This document shows, one piece after another, positions 31,101-40,910 of a stretch of 64,000 bases of DNA (the stretch's first letter is position 1; each line of letters opens with the position of its first letter). The stretch is from the sequence record MT939492.1, one strand, 5' to 3'. Position numbers and translations under genes: made by a program. The notes under the pieces are model-generated. The model saw only the letters and a program-made list of their open reading frames with translations. It was not told where the DNA came from and ran no database searches.

Positions 31101-32464
31101 GGCGAGTCGCCCAGACTGGAGTTCAACATGTGGGTCGGGATCAGCTGCTGCGCCAGACGCGCCATGCTGCCCTTCCAGCCGGTCTGCGTGGTGCCACGCT
31201 GAGCCAGCTCGTTGAACATTTCCGGGATACCGGTGGTGAAATACTTCAGCGCACTACCACCGCGCTTCAGTTCCGGCATCTGGTCGGTGAACTGCGCAAC
31301 CATCTGAGCAAAGCGGTAGCCCGCCTGCTGAGCCAGTTCGCCACCCACCATTCCGCCGATCATCTCGTGCGGACCACCGGTGTCACCGAACTCCTTGGCA
31401 GACTCCATGGATTCGGCCAACTGCCGACCCATGTTGAACCCGTCCATCATCTGGCGGGTGTAAGTCTGTATCACGTTCTGGACGTTGGACTTCAGCTGCT
31501 TGCCGAAACCACGGACGTACTCAGAGGCCTTGTTCTGCACGCCACCGATCAGACGCTGCTTCAGCATCTGCCGGTTGACTTCTGCGGTCTTGATCTTCAC
31601 CGCATCCGGCAACGCGGTGTTCTTGGTGATGCTTTCCAGGAACTTGTTGCTCAGTTCACTGGACTTGATCGTGACGTCAGTCAGATCACGCATCATGAAC
31701 AGTTGCTTGAACTGCAGCTCCAGGGACTTACGCTGCCAACGGGCAGTGAAGTTGTCCTGGAAGGCAACCATGCGGTCGATACCGGCACGCGTGGTTTCCA
31801 ACTGCAGCATCGAGTCGGTATGCTGGTCGTCCTCGATCTTCTCGCGGATCGTCCGGTCAACCTTCTGGTGGGCGTAGATATTCTCCGACGCCTTCAGGTT
31901 TTCCTTGAAGATCTCACCGATCTGATTGCGGATTTCGCTGTCATCCGCTTCCTGCTTTCGGTCCTTATCGGACCGCGCATTGTCGAAGTAGGACTCCTTC
32001 TCGGTCAGCAGTTTGTCAATCCGAGCGTAGATCTTCTCGGGGATGACATTTTCTACAGATGCGAGCAATTTTTTGGAGGAGCGCTGGATCTCTTTCAGCG
32101 GCGCCCGCATTTCGGTGGCGGCGCTATTGTATAGATCCTTGGTCGACGACCACACCGAATCGCCGACGTTGAACGCCTGACCGTAACCATCGGGCAGAGC
32201 GCGCTTGATGAAGTCTTCGATAAAGTGCTTATCGGAGATCGTCGACTTCGCCCCTTCGTACATGCCGGCTGCCAACTTGGTAGTCGGCTTGCGATTATCT
32301 TTCTCTGGCTTGAAGTCGAAGTCATCCAAGCCAAAGTCGAAGTCGCCCAGGTCAAGCCCCGAATCGTCGACCTTGTTGGATCGATTGTTCTTGTTGGGCG
32401 CCGGGCCCTTCTTGCCCTTCTTGTCGTTCGTCGAAGCCATATTTCTACCCTGGCCCTTTATCAA
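25178..32464 (-). CDS. Giant tail (tape-measure-like) protein with lytic transglycosylase domain (phiKZ gp181-like)
   Basis: 2428 aa, divergent from the RNAP genes. SLT motifs MASIESGF, SSAKGLYQFINSTW and LYMAHFMG near the C-terminus; an internal duplicated ~70-aa repeat at ~29180-29735; extra DUF5675-like domain. Confidence 0.9.
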   Translation of the reverse strand: MIKGQGRNMASTNDKKGKKGPAPNKNNRSNKVDDSGLDLGDFDFGLDDFDFKPEKDNRKPTTKLAAGMYEGAKSTISDKHFIEDFIKRALPDGYGQAFNVGDSVWSSTKDLYNSAATEMRAPLKEIQRSSKKLLASVENVIPEKIYARIDKLLTEKESYFDNARSDKDRKQEADDSEIRNQIGEIFKENLKASENIYAHQKVDRTIREKIEDDQHTDSMLQLETTRAGIDRMVAFQDNFTARWQRKSLELQFKQLFMMRDLTDVTIKSSELSNKFLESITKNTALPDAVKIKTAEVNRQMLKQRLIGGVQNKASEYVRGFGKQLKSNVQNVIQTYTRQMMDGFNMGRQLAESMESAKEFGDTGGPHEMIGGMVGGELAQQAGYRFAQMVAQFTDQMPELKRGGSALKYFTTGIPEMFNELAQRGTTQTGWKGSMARLAQQLIPTHMLNSSLGDSPILESDAHSGFTNGANRALIEVIPGYLSRILHAQRVMMTKNPNLKRIVYNADRGAFTTKDEAVKDAAWRMFGEANTTGARNSLDEFVRSAAGNTQMSPEAAGALKDQLMRDSLGARAWNAGDYTNKDYFDEKLAPHVRQEIADVFAQALGMGQGEKFDFRVHDINRAAKLREKYTALRGNLDDPRDKTKAYIEAGQRELMEALGLIEKGGLTGRMNYNEAFRRTRDSAAGTDFPDEVWELAESTGVPVELVAKVVMPATPAPIGAASPPPRATINSGRRVKPVSKRRQKIIDQRAIEAAEPPAGVGSNKINARDIFASINESVTGEGELISAIRANNITAQATTTVELLGDIREMLASGQFGGGGGGGPPPIPGSYQRRGGFWGGTEHAFRWIGGKLVAGGRAAGTGAGMAWRGGKSAGGFLGRMLGSLGSAAWSGAKGAAGIGWAAGANTAEAALNYISDVRDKQGRVLLEARMMRLGEYFDATTGKVITKLSDIKGPVKDKAGNIVLTAHDFSQQLYNSNGQKILSGITAGGRGFLKALGWTGTAPFRAGNFVRNTINGALARMDAEKDIYVRGEPQAPRLLAIKIKAGNYFVQDGAAGTKVVMSWRDCTNTVMDNDGNIVLTTDDIKRGLVDANGLPFGLTLGGRIGHAAVNVALNIAARLSKFTKWAVQAPKKLMDFLSGVRLDSITNVFVGVGSYIGDQLQNQLDVQNKQLNVLQNIYELLDARLPKPVFGDTDGDGLRDGSWQEKEKSGGADGDDGRDRPGHAGKASSKDNIVANMFGIGGKVKGLWNKLFGKKGGGGDGDGDCGCGCCGCDGEGGGGNDFYVDADGRKRRRQGAARKDTKGRKRGGWRRNRAARAARFRRRRGLPAKPRTGATPRVSRPPPLPGARRAPRFGRLGRGLARFKPRGASLGGIATGVAMGLGGSYLVDKLGGDDSTGGKVVNGVADTAGMVSTGMMAASAASTLTGGAAAGTAAAGTAAAAGGAGTAATVAGGGVMATIGLPVLAVAAVAAAVGYVGYKAWKKYKYGTYIPVRAFRMAQYGVGYKEASEVEKIVDFEQMIAPHTKMVNGVLDISAEKLTMEEIYKHFGLDDGWFTNNQEERNLFDVWLTRRFKPIYLAWFQAMKQIAPNVALNDADDELDKEKKLELVKAGSKVGPDPLQVTAGPFGEPVSLKAADVDRAFNLAIARIEQDGSGVMSGLKRISDASMALTPGMSTLMSPLTDWADKRQEDADMEMAARAREQAKNKPAVTAPGANGASISAGNAAITWNNGVPTATAGSVSATPGYLNMQYKPGQGLSAAPPMAPIMFNGTMQLVLDREASDLEGTYGTLKLPDGTVFQTLELPWKDNAARTSCVPTGVYKCARRQTTSFGLAYEVYGVPGRSAILIHAGNSAGSAEHGKKADSQGCILLGMGRGHSGNQKTITNSQAAMKLFYEKMAGRPFQLAIIGGMACLDPNAVREANQNKQANSAYNTTPAQASADSAAAAARNVSAGPNGASAGNASVNTPYSYMNTSYQPGSGMGMGNAPAMMNTGYSAGNYSNPGPMGQTVDHPGNGTGGSVNELPMPPPGAVGAKAIGPLIIAAAKMAGVDPKLMMTMASIESGFRPQVGAGTSSAKGLYQFINSTWQSMLKKYGAKYGISPDAHQFDARANALMGAEFLKENAAMLRKSIGREPTDTDLYMAHFMGAGGAVSALRSPSEAIGAQAMPAAASANRNIYFERDGRPKTMGGVIAHLDKLVRGHRYGSSDIAAIGAGSFNTRSGEGDTGQAASYTASAMPPSATGAPNPALAMAGAAPAGANATPAQYVEAPRPASSAGNDLGSGGGLVSASSTNSDPQAQAQQAVYRQSYEADVNSRAVQSAQQAQTGSVMDIMNKQLYVMKAMEGHLRDISTKIGNNPAAMSMPAQSSEEAAPAAAPTPATPAPRSVEKDGLMVQQSTRSKREAARREANLNAAQNSTPVVDFSLRSDVA

Positions 32465-32496
32465 TACCCGTCTATAGAATTAAGGAGTAGGCCGCT

Positions 32497-34149
32497 GTGA
32501 ATCGGCTCGACACACCATTCAACGTCAGTATTCTGGAGATCACTCCGGAGCGACTGAAAAAGATCCAGCCTGTCACCAGCCTGGACATCTACGAGTCGGT
32601 AGGCGGCCCGCTGCACGAAGATGGGCTCTTCTCGCTGAAGATCTTCGGTCGTATCGGCGACCCAGCACGCGATGGGCGCTTTGCCTACATCGACGTGAAG
32701 GTGCCGATCTTCCACCCGTTCATCTACCGTACCATCGTCAAGCTGAAGGGCTTGTACGGCGGTATCCTGACCGGGCAGGCCTACGCTGTCTGGAACGATG
32801 AGTTGAAGGATTTCGAGTCCTCCAACGAAATCGATGGCCAGACGGGGTTCCGCTTCTTTATGCGGCACTTCAAGGACATCCAGTACAAGGAGAACAAGTC
32901 GGACCTGCGTTCGGCTCGTATCGCCCTGATCAAGAAGTTCGTGGAACGGGCAACCACCACGAAGGTACTGGTCCTGCCTGCTGGTCTGCGTGACATCGAG
33001 ACCGACGATTCCGGTCGTACGACCTACGATGAAATCAACGACATCTACTCCCGTCTGCTGAGCATCTCGCGCACGGTGGTGGAGACCGAGTACGACGATA
33101 TCGGTCCGTCGGTGAACCTGCCGCCGTTGCTGCTGCAGCGTGCGTTCAATGAACTGTACGAGTACATCGAGCGCATCATCACCGGCAAGAAGGGTTTCAT
33201 CCAGAAGAAGTGGGGCTCGCGTCGTGTCTTCAACGGCACGCGTAACGTCATCACCGCAATGGACACCTCCACGGCTGTACTGGGTGCGCCCAATGCACCG
33301 AAGTTCTCTGACACCGTCGTGGGTCTGTTCCAGCAGTCCAAGGCCATCCTGCCCAAGTCGATCCATGCGCTGCGCTATGGCTACCTGCCGGACATCTTCG
33401 CGGCAGGCGCCAACCAGGGTTATCTGGTCAACCCGAAGACGCTGGAGTCGGAACTGGTCGAGATGCGTCCGGACGACTACGATCGCTTCAACTCCACCGA
33501 AGGGTTGGAGAAGGTGATCTCCAGCTACGGCGAGGTGCGTCTGCGTGATCGCCCCGTTCGTCTCGGTCGGAAGGGTCATTACTTGGCGCTGGTCTACACC
33601 GGCCCTGACATGACCTTCAAGGTGTTCAGCGACATTCGCGATCTGCCTGCTGATCGTGACCGCAAGGACGTTCGTCCGATCACCCTGGCCGAGTTCATCT
33701 ACCTCTCCGGGTACAAGATCTGGAACAACGACGGCGCCTTCGTGACGCGTTATCCGGTGACGGGTATCGGTTCGAGCTATCCGTCCACCGTCTACACCAA
33801 GACCACCACTCGTGGCGAGGTGCGACGTGAACTGGGTCCGGACTGGGAACCGCTGGATGAAACGCACACGGCGCTGGAGTACCCGATCCTCAACCCCGCC
33901 CTGTGGCTGGATGCGCAGGTCATCCCGACCGCTCGCGTGGAAGGCATGGGCGCTGACTTTGACGGTGACATGTGCAACTTCACCTCGGTGTATTCCGAGG
34001 AAGGTGTTGCTGAGATCGTCAAGGCGCTCAACTCCAAGCGTGCCTTCATCGATCCGCGTGGTGGCATGAATGCGTCCGTGGACGTGCAGATGGTGAAGAT
34101 GGTCCTGCACAACATCACCAGTACCCCCAAGAGCTTGGCCAAAAGCTAA
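32497..34149 (+). CDS. Virion RNA polymerase beta-prime-like subunit (phiKZ gp180-like)
   Basis: Catalytic GADFDGD motif, GKKGFIQKKWGSR and RYPV; 550 aa; GTG start with AAGGAG. Confidence 0.92.
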   Translation: MNRLDTPFNVSILEITPERLKKIQPVTSLDIYESVGGPLHEDGLFSLKIFGRIGDPARDGRFAYIDVKVPIFHPFIYRTIVKLKGLYGGILTGQAYAVWNDELKDFESSNEIDGQTGFRFFMRHFKDIQYKENKSDLRSARIALIKKFVERATTTKVLVLPAGLRDIETDDSGRTTYDEINDIYSRLLSISRTVVETEYDDIGPSVNLPPLLLQRAFNELYEYIERIITGKKGFIQKKWGSRRVFNGTRNVITAMDTSTAVLGAPNAPKFSDTVVGLFQQSKAILPKSIHALRYGYLPDIFAAGANQGYLVNPKTLESELVEMRPDDYDRFNSTEGLEKVISSYGEVRLRDRPVRLGRKGHYLALVYTGPDMTFKVFSDIRDLPADRDRKDVRPITLAEFIYLSGYKIWNNDGAFVTRYPVTGIGSSYPSTVYTKTTTRGEVRRELGPDWEPLDETHTALEYPILNPALWLDAQVIPTARVEGMGADFDGDMCNFTSVYSEEGVAEIVKALNSKRAFIDPRGGMNASVDVQMVKMVLHNITSTPKSLAKS

Positions 34150-34173
34150 GCTCTTTCAGAGCGAGACATTTCC

Positions 34174-37100
34174 ATGATGCTGTTTGACCCCTACTACCGT
34201 CGCTTTGGCGTACGGCGTGCCAGTGAACTTGCAAAGCCCAAGCTGAGCAAGGCACTGCTGATGCAGTTGCCGATCAACTCGATCCTGCACTATGTGCCGG
34301 ACGATGAAGTGTCCTACGGCATTTCCACCGAAGATCCGCTGCTGCGTCATGAGCGTCGTGTGATCCAAGTCGACTCGGTGACCGAGCTGACCTCGCGTCT
34401 GGGTGCCCCGCGTCCGCTGCCGATCCCCGCGCAGAAGCTGATCCGCGACTACCATCAACGCTACCGTCGTACCCGCCCGCTGAAGAACATCGATGCGGTC
34501 ATGCGCGATCCGCGTACGCTGCTGGTGTACAACTACGCCATCCTCAGCCATACCTCGCGCTACCTGGGCAACTTCTTTGCCGGCTACAACAAGTGGTACA
34601 ACATCAATTCCACTTGCTGGCAGAAGATCAGTGAAACGGCCAAGCTGAATCGCCAGAACTTCCTGGTGTGCAAGCTGCCGGACACGATCCCGTCGATGAC
34701 CCAGCTGCGCCGTGGCATGAAGGAAATGACCCGCTCCACGTTGCAGCTCTTCGACTCCCCGGAGAAGCTGTTCATCCTGGAGCTGTGGAAGTGGCTGGGT
34801 CCGGAGCGCCACAACTCCATGCTGGCACAGGTGGCTGCCGAGGACATGAAGCACGTCAACCTGATCTGGCAGGAGTCGGACAGCTGGTTCGTGCTGAACC
34901 TGGGCCTTCTCGATGGCTGGCGCAAGCCGACCGATCTGGAAATCGAGAACGGTGCCAAGGCGCACAACGGCCTGCCGGCGGAAAACATGCAGCGTCGTCT
35001 GTTGGCCATGCTGATCAACCTGCAGGAAGCACGTACCGAAGTCGAACCCGCAGTCATCTCCGACGATGGCACCCAGTGGGTTTCCGACGATGATGCATCG
35101 GCACTGGAACTGGAAGAGCAGGCTGAGATCGAGGCGCTTGCTGATCGTGCGAACGATGGCGCAAAGGCTGTCGTGGACAAGGCTGCCGAGAAAGCCCTGC
35201 TGCGCGATGCGGCTATCATCTCCTTCGCACCCGACGCTTTCGAGCTGAATGAGAGCGAAGAAGAGACGGCGCAGATCGAAAGCCTGATCGATCAGGACAT
35301 GGATGCCCTGGAGAAGCTCGCCGCAGACGTCGAGAAGGCCCGTGAAGAGCAGGAGGCTGCCGGTGCCCGTGCCGATGGCGTGGACAACCCTGCAGGCGTT
35401 GCACCGAAGCCTGAGGAGCCTGTCCGTACCCGCAACGAGGAACTGATTGCTGGTGTGGCAGAGCGTGCTCGTGGTCAGGCGCTGTACGGTCGCATGTCTG
35501 CTGCTGAACTGCGTCGTTTCGAGACGCTGGCCAAGTCCTTCATGGACATGCCAAATCCGATCGGTGGTGAAGGTAGTCTGGCTGATTTCATCGAGATCAA
35601 GCCGGAAGAAATGCAGATCGATGAGAAGGCGGCTGAGTTCGCAGATATCCCCACGGTATACGACAAGTCGATGCTGAAGTCCACGCTGTCTGACTTCACC
35701 CCGCGCTATGTTGAACAGTTCCTGCAGAAGCATATCGCCGGTATGGTGATGGGCATGCAGAACGCCGGCGTGGCGGTGACGCAGTACACCATGGAACCGC
35801 ACGTCGATGCGATGAACGACTACCTTGCTTACACCGTGCGTCTGACGCCGGTCGATGGCAAGCCGTCCACCCTTCGCTTCCGTCTGCCGCGTGTCCGCAA
35901 GGATGGCACGTATCTGGCCAACGGCGTTCGCTATCGTCTGGCGACCCAGCGTAACGAGCTGCCGATCCGTAAGGTGAACAGCCGTCGCGTGGCTCTGTCC
36001 AGCTACTACGGTAAGCTGTCGGTGTCGCGCAATGACAACGTCAAGTACAACCTGACCAACTGGCTGGGTAACCGTATCGCTGCGGCCGGCAATGATAGCG
36101 AAGACAACCGCGTCACTGAACTGCGTCAGGGTACGGTGTTCGATCATGAACTGCGTGTCCCGCGCATCTACAGCCAGCTGTCGCAGCGTTTCCGTTCGTT
36201 CGCGGTGGAAGGGGACGTTCATCTGTTCTTCGACCACAGCAGCCGCTTCAAGCATTTCAAGGAGCGCACTGGACTGGAAGCCATCGAGAACACCAACAAG
36301 GGTGTGATCTGCGGCTACAAGGGTCCGGCTCAGTTGCCGATCTTTGTCGACGACACCAACACGTTCTATATCCACGAAGACGAGGAGACCATTGTCGCCC
36401 TTGGTGACATCTACTCACTGACGGGACTGGATCGTGCGAAGTCGCCGATTGAGATGATCGAGTTGACCATCTTCGATCGTGATCTGCCGCTGGGTGTGGT
36501 GCTGGCGTACTACATGGGTCTGGAGACCCTGTTGAGCGAACTGCGTCTGAACCCGCGTCGCGTACCGCGCGGCGAGCGTGCTCATCTGGCCGAGGACGAG
36601 TTCTCGGTGGTGTTCAACGATGAGACGCTGGTGTTCAAGCGCGATGGTTCGGTTGCGTCGATGCTGATGGTGGGCTTCAACGTCTACGAGAAGTCGATCC
36701 GCAACTACAGCGTGTACAACTTCGATCAGAAGGACATCTACTACACCGTGCTGGAAAACAACGGTGTGGGTGTTCGTTACATCCGCGAACTGGAGTCGAT
36801 CAAGGATCTGTTCCTCGACCCGATCACCGTGGACGTTCTGAAGGAGATGGGCGAGCCGGTGAAGTTCATGCCGTTGCTGCGTCGTGCTGCTGAACTGTTG
36901 CAGACCGATTGGTCGCCCCAGGAAACCGATACCGACTACCAGCGCTTCCGTGGTTATGAGCGCATGGCCGGTGCGGTGTACAACGAGATGGCGCGTGCCG
37001 TGCGTACGTTCCGTGCTCGACCGGGCCAGACCGGCGGTTCGATCGAAATGTCGCCGCACTCGGTTTGGATGGCAATCTCCAAGGACACCTCCCAGCGTAT

Positions 37101-38529
37101 CGTGGAGGAAGCCAACCCGATCCACAACCTGAAAGAAATCGAAGAAGTCACCTTCAGCGGTACTGGTGGTCGTTCGGGTCGTTCGATGGTGAAGCGTTCG
37201 CGCGTCTACCATACCAACGACAAGGGCAAGATCTCCGAGGCAACGAAGGACTCCGGCGAAGTGGCAATCACGACGTCGTTTGCTCCCAACCCGTTGCTGA
37301 CGAACCTGTACGGAATGTCGCGCCACTACATCAAGGGTGCCGATGGTCCGTCCTCGATCTTCTCCACTCCGGCAATGCTGTCGCCGACCATTGACCGCGA
37401 TGACCCCAAGCGTGTGAACTTTGCGAGTATTCAGCACTCGCGTTCGATCGCCGCTGACGGGTATCGTCCCACGCCGCTGCGTACCGGCTATGAGCAGGTG
37501 ATCGCTCAGCGTACCTCCGATCTGTTCGCCAAGGCGGCAGAGAAGAATGGTCGGGTGGTCAGCGTCAGTGATGACGCCATCCTGGTCGAGTACGAAGATG
37601 GTACGACTGACAGCGTTGAGCTGGGTCGTCGCTTCGGCATCATGGCCGGTGCAACCATCCCGCATCAGGTGGTGCCGTCGTTGAAGGCTGGTGACACGTT
37701 CAAGCGTGGTGACAACATCGCCTACAACTCGATGTTCTTCGAGAAAGACCTGTACAACAAGAGCAATGTGGTGTGGAAAGCAGGTGTGCTCGGCCGAGTG
37801 GCACTGCTGGAAAGTGTGGATACCTTCGAAGACTCCTCCGTCATCTCTGAACGGATGGCACTGGAGTTGACCGCAAACGTTACCAAGGTTCGTGAGATTC
37901 AGCTGTCCTTCGATCAGCATATCACGGACTTCGTTGGCATCGGTGACGTGGTGGACGTCGAAAGTATTCTATGCACCATCGAAGAGTCGACGACTGCTGA
38001 GAACAAGTTGTTCGATGCAGAGTCCCGCGAGACGCTGCGCCTGCTGTCGTCTCAGACCCCGCGCGCCAAGGCGCATGGTGTCGTCGAGAAGATCGAAGTG
38101 CTTTACCATGGCGAGATCGAGGACATGTCCCCGTCTCTGGCAAAGGTCGCTCGTGCGTCGGATTCGGCGCGCCGTAGCCTGGCCAAAGCATCTGGTCAAC
38201 CCTTTGTTTCGGGTATGGTCGATGACTCGCTCAGCATCGGTGGTCGCCCGCTGTTGATGGACAACCTGATCATCAAGGTCTACATCACTGGCAAGGCGCC
38301 TGCCGGCGTTGGCGGTAAGATCGTTCTCGCCAATCAGCTGAAGTCCATTGTCGGCCGTGTCATGGCTGGCAAGAACATCACGCTGGACGGTAAGCCGATT
38401 GATCTGTTCTTCGGATTCAGAAGTGTCAACGCACGTATCGTGATGTCACCGGCCTACATCGGCACGACCAACACGATCATGATCGCAATTTCCAAGATGA
38501 TGGCCAAGATTTACAGAGGGAACCCATGA
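34174..38529 (+). CDS. Virion RNA polymerase beta-like subunit (phiKZ gp178-like)
   Basis: 1451 aa; RpoB-like motifs YLANGVRYRL, SGTGGRS, DDPKRVNFASIQH, EDS.VISE and GGKIVLANQLKS. Confidence 0.9.
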   Translation: MMLFDPYYRRFGVRRASELAKPKLSKALLMQLPINSILHYVPDDEVSYGISTEDPLLRHERRVIQVDSVTELTSRLGAPRPLPIPAQKLIRDYHQRYRRTRPLKNIDAVMRDPRTLLVYNYAILSHTSRYLGNFFAGYNKWYNINSTCWQKISETAKLNRQNFLVCKLPDTIPSMTQLRRGMKEMTRSTLQLFDSPEKLFILELWKWLGPERHNSMLAQVAAEDMKHVNLIWQESDSWFVLNLGLLDGWRKPTDLEIENGAKAHNGLPAENMQRRLLAMLINLQEARTEVEPAVISDDGTQWVSDDDASALELEEQAEIEALADRANDGAKAVVDKAAEKALLRDAAIISFAPDAFELNESEEETAQIESLIDQDMDALEKLAADVEKAREEQEAAGARADGVDNPAGVAPKPEEPVRTRNEELIAGVAERARGQALYGRMSAAELRRFETLAKSFMDMPNPIGGEGSLADFIEIKPEEMQIDEKAAEFADIPTVYDKSMLKSTLSDFTPRYVEQFLQKHIAGMVMGMQNAGVAVTQYTMEPHVDAMNDYLAYTVRLTPVDGKPSTLRFRLPRVRKDGTYLANGVRYRLATQRNELPIRKVNSRRVALSSYYGKLSVSRNDNVKYNLTNWLGNRIAAAGNDSEDNRVTELRQGTVFDHELRVPRIYSQLSQRFRSFAVEGDVHLFFDHSSRFKHFKERTGLEAIENTNKGVICGYKGPAQLPIFVDDTNTFYIHEDEETIVALGDIYSLTGLDRAKSPIEMIELTIFDRDLPLGVVLAYYMGLETLLSELRLNPRRVPRGERAHLAEDEFSVVFNDETLVFKRDGSVASMLMVGFNVYEKSIRNYSVYNFDQKDIYYTVLENNGVGVRYIRELESIKDLFLDPITVDVLKEMGEPVKFMPLLRRAAELLQTDWSPQETDTDYQRFRGYERMAGAVYNEMARAVRTFRARPGQTGGSIEMSPHSVWMAISKDTSQRIVEEANPIHNLKEIEEVTFSGTGGRSGRSMVKRSRVYHTNDKGKISEATKDSGEVAITTSFAPNPLLTNLYGMSRHYIKGADGPSSIFSTPAMLSPTIDRDDPKRVNFASIQHSRSIAADGYRPTPLRTGYEQVIAQRTSDLFAKAAEKNGRVVSVSDDAILVEYEDGTTDSVELGRRFGIMAGATIPHQVVPSLKAGDTFKRGDNIAYNSMFFEKDLYNKSNVVWKAGVLGRVALLESVDTFEDSSVISERMALELTANVTKVREIQLSFDQHITDFVGIGDVVDVESILCTIEESTTAENKLFDAESRETLRLLSSQTPRAKAHGVVEKIEVLYHGEIEDMSPSLAKVARASDSARRSLAKASGQPFVSGMVDDSLSIGGRPLLMDNLIIKVYITGKAPAGVGGKIVLANQLKSIVGRVMAGKNITLDGKPIDLFFGFRSVNARIVMSPAYIGTTNTIMIAISKMMAKIYRGNP

Positions 38530-38729
38530 GCGAAATGAACCTGCTTGACATGAACCAGGCTGTGGCGAGCAACGCCATCGCACTGGTCTGCGCCGTCACC
38601 AAGCGTGTGGCTGGCAATTCGGCGTCCAACCGCATCGACGGTCAGACCATCACCGACAGCTCTCTGGCACTGGTTGTCGGTGGCAAGCTGCAGAACAAGC
38701 TGGCTCCGGTCAGCTCGAAGGAGGGTTGA
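38526..38729 (+). CDS. Small hypothetical protein (67 aa)
   Basis: ATGA overlap with the RNAP gene; its end carries the RBS (AAGGAGG) of the next gene. Confidence 0.6.
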   Translation: MSEMNLLDMNQAVASNAIALVCAVTKRVAGNSASNRIDGQTITDSSLALVVGGKLQNKLAPVSSKEG

Positions 38730-38733
38730 GGCG

Positions 38734-40170
38734 ATGTTGAACGATTCCTCCGTAGGCGCGGCTTACGCGCTGGCTGAACGCGTCACGAGTCGTGGCGAGC
38801 GCCTGGGTGTCATCGACGGCACCCCGCTGGCATCGCTGCTCAATGCCTGCTTCGTCGACGTCCCCCGTGGCGAAGGCGACACCGAACTGCAGGCACCGTA
38901 CGTGCTCAACAGTCGACGCGTCGACGAACGTGGCGTGTGCGAGCACGACCTGGTCATGGAAGAAGCGGCCACGGTCATTGCCGAGACCATCACCAAGAAC
39001 CTGGACTGGGCGCGTGACGTGGTCGTTCCGACCATCGATGAAGTCCTGGCCGGCGTGGACAAGTACGTCGCCGATCGCATCGGCGGCCTGAACGATGCTG
39101 TCCGCGTGGAACCGCAGTTCTGGCCGCGCATCTGGGACAACCCGATGCTGGCCGAGATGGTCGCTCCGTACGCCGATCGCGTGGCCTCGGAGTTCCTGCC
39201 GGCCCGTCCGGTGTTCCCGCGTGCCGAGACCACCGAAGACTCGGTCAAGGTGATGCTGACCGGCATCGGCTCTGTCGATGGCGACGTCGAAGCGCTGGCC
39301 TCCGAACTCAACAGCGGTTCGTCCAACGACCTGACCCGTTACATCTACAACAAGGTCTTCTCCACCGAGCAGGGCGCCGAGAACGAAGCGCTGGTCAGCA
39401 ACTCCATCGGCAATGCGAACACCCGCCTGGTCGAGTTCCTGATGGCCCGCAATCTGTACATGTCCATGCCCGAAGGCATGGGTGACGAGTCGTCCTATCG
39501 CGTGCAGATGGGCGAAGTCATGGCCACCCTGGGCCGCGTCGTGCAGCGTGCCATCGTCGATCGTGGCGTGTTCGAGAAGTCCAAGCGCCTGAACCCGGTC
39601 TACCCGACCGGCCCGTCGACCGATCCGAACCACCCCAGCATCATCTACGTCGACGGCGACGTGTACACCAAGTACTTCCTGGAAGAAGGCGGCACCCCGG
39701 AAGTCCTGCTGGGCGCCATGGTCACCGATCGCGAGATCAAGATCGAATCCCTGCTGGGTCAGATCGACCGCTACACCAAGGCCTGGTCGAACGAACAGCG
39801 CATGGTTGCCATGCGTGTGGAGAACAACAAGCTGGACGTTGTCCGCAACGCCTTCGCTGTTGTTCTGCGTGAGACCGCCGGCAAGATCCCCGAAGAGCTC
39901 GAACCGCTCGACGTGGAAGTGCAGTGCAAGCGTATCGACGAAGCTGTCGCCACGCTGGCTGGCCGCGACATGGACAACCTGTACCTGACCGCTCGTCAGC
40001 TGGTCTGCACCCTGTTCTTCCCGCACACCATGGCGTACAAGCTGCTGCTGGCCTTCGACGATGCTCGCCGCATCAGTCCGGACCTGGAGCCGCGCGACTG
40101 CGCCCTGCTGGCGGCCATCGATCTGCTCGTCGAGTGGGTCGCCCCCCAGATCACCATCGACAAGGCGTAA
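38734..40170 (+). CDS. Conserved virion protein (phiKZ gp177-like)
   Basis: Likely start MLNDSSV at 38734; strong codon bias; synteny between the RNAP genes and the protease. Confidence 0.7.
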   Translation: MLNDSSVGAAYALAERVTSRGERLGVIDGTPLASLLNACFVDVPRGEGDTELQAPYVLNSRRVDERGVCEHDLVMEEAATVIAETITKNLDWARDVVVPTIDEVLAGVDKYVADRIGGLNDAVRVEPQFWPRIWDNPMLAEMVAPYADRVASEFLPARPVFPRAETTEDSVKVMLTGIGSVDGDVEALASELNSGSSNDLTRYIYNKVFSTEQGAENEALVSNSIGNANTRLVEFLMARNLYMSMPEGMGDESSYRVQMGEVMATLGRVVQRAIVDRGVFEKSKRLNPVYPTGPSTDPNHPSIIYVDGDVYTKYFLEEGGTPEVLLGAMVTDREIKIESLLGQIDRYTKAWSNEQRMVAMRVENNKLDVVRNAFAVVLRETAGKIPEELEPLDVEVQCKRIDEAVATLAGRDMDNLYLTARQLVCTLFFPHTMAYKLLLAFDDARRISPDLEPRDCALLAAIDLLVEWVAPQITIDKA

Positions 40171-40175
40171 GCTAA

Positions 40176-40910
40176 ATGGACCTGAAAGCTCTCTTCTTCA
40201 ACAACCGTGACGCGAGTAAGGTCCATGAAGCTCTGAAGGAACTGGACGACGGCCAACTGGTTGCGCTCAAGGACTGCAAGATCTACGTCCCTGAGCGCTA
40301 CACCGAGAAGAGCCTGGCCTTCCTGGGTCAGGAGGTTTTCATTCTCGGTATCTTCGGCATCGTTGTCGAAGGTCAGTGGGCCGGTGTTTCATCTGCGGCG
40401 GCCATCATGCGTATCGAGCCTACCAGCACCGATCGCGTGGACGTCGATGGTGAGCGCTACATGGAGTTCTTCTTCGAGAAGGGCTCCACGGTGGTGGCCA
40501 ATGTCAACCTCGTCAAGACGGACACCTTGGTGTACCTGATCTTCGATGAGTTCCACTCCAAGGGTAACATTCCGTTCTACATGAACCTGGAGGACGTGGC
40601 TCGTGTGTACCAGTCGGCAGGCTATCACGCTGGCTTCGGTATCTGCGACAACCACGTCATCATGGAGATGTTCACCGCAGCCATCGCGCGCAACGCGAAG
40701 GACATGAGCAAGCTGGCTCGCCAGACCTTGACCAGTCGGCTGGAGATCTTCAAGAACCCTCCGGTGTACGTGCCGTTCCGGTCCGTTACCTTCGGCGCCT
40801 CCAACACCCTGTCCAAGTTGATGGGTAACTACTTCGATGAAGGTCTGAACAGCGCGCTGCGAAATCCCAGCACGCGTGCAGAGCGAATCGAACAGATGCT
40901 CTTGACGTAA
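40176..40910 (+). CDS. Conserved virion protein (phiKZ gp176-like, 244 aa)
   Basis: Operonic, immediately before the protease gene; assignment by synteny. Confidence 0.7.
   Translation: MDLKALFFNNRDASKVHEALKELDDGQLVALKDCKIYVPERYTEKSLAFLGQEVFILGIFGIVVEGQWAGVSSAAAIMRIEPTSTDRVDVDGERYMEFFFEKGSTVVANVNLVKTDTLVYLIFDEFHSKGNIPFYMNLEDVARVYQSAGYHAGFGICDNHVIMEMFTAAIARNAKDMSKLARQTLTSRLEIFKNPPVYVPFRSVTFGASNTLSKLMGNYFDEGLNSALRNPSTRAERIEQMLLT

Noticed and set aside
22956-32134. + strand ORFs of 847 aa and 2031 aa
   Set aside because: Antisense to the gp182- and gp181-like genes; no protein motifs, and an Arg/His/Thr-rich shadow composition.
32461-37920. Minus-strand ORFs of 549, 739 and 501 aa
   Set aside because: Shadows of the RNA polymerase subunit genes.
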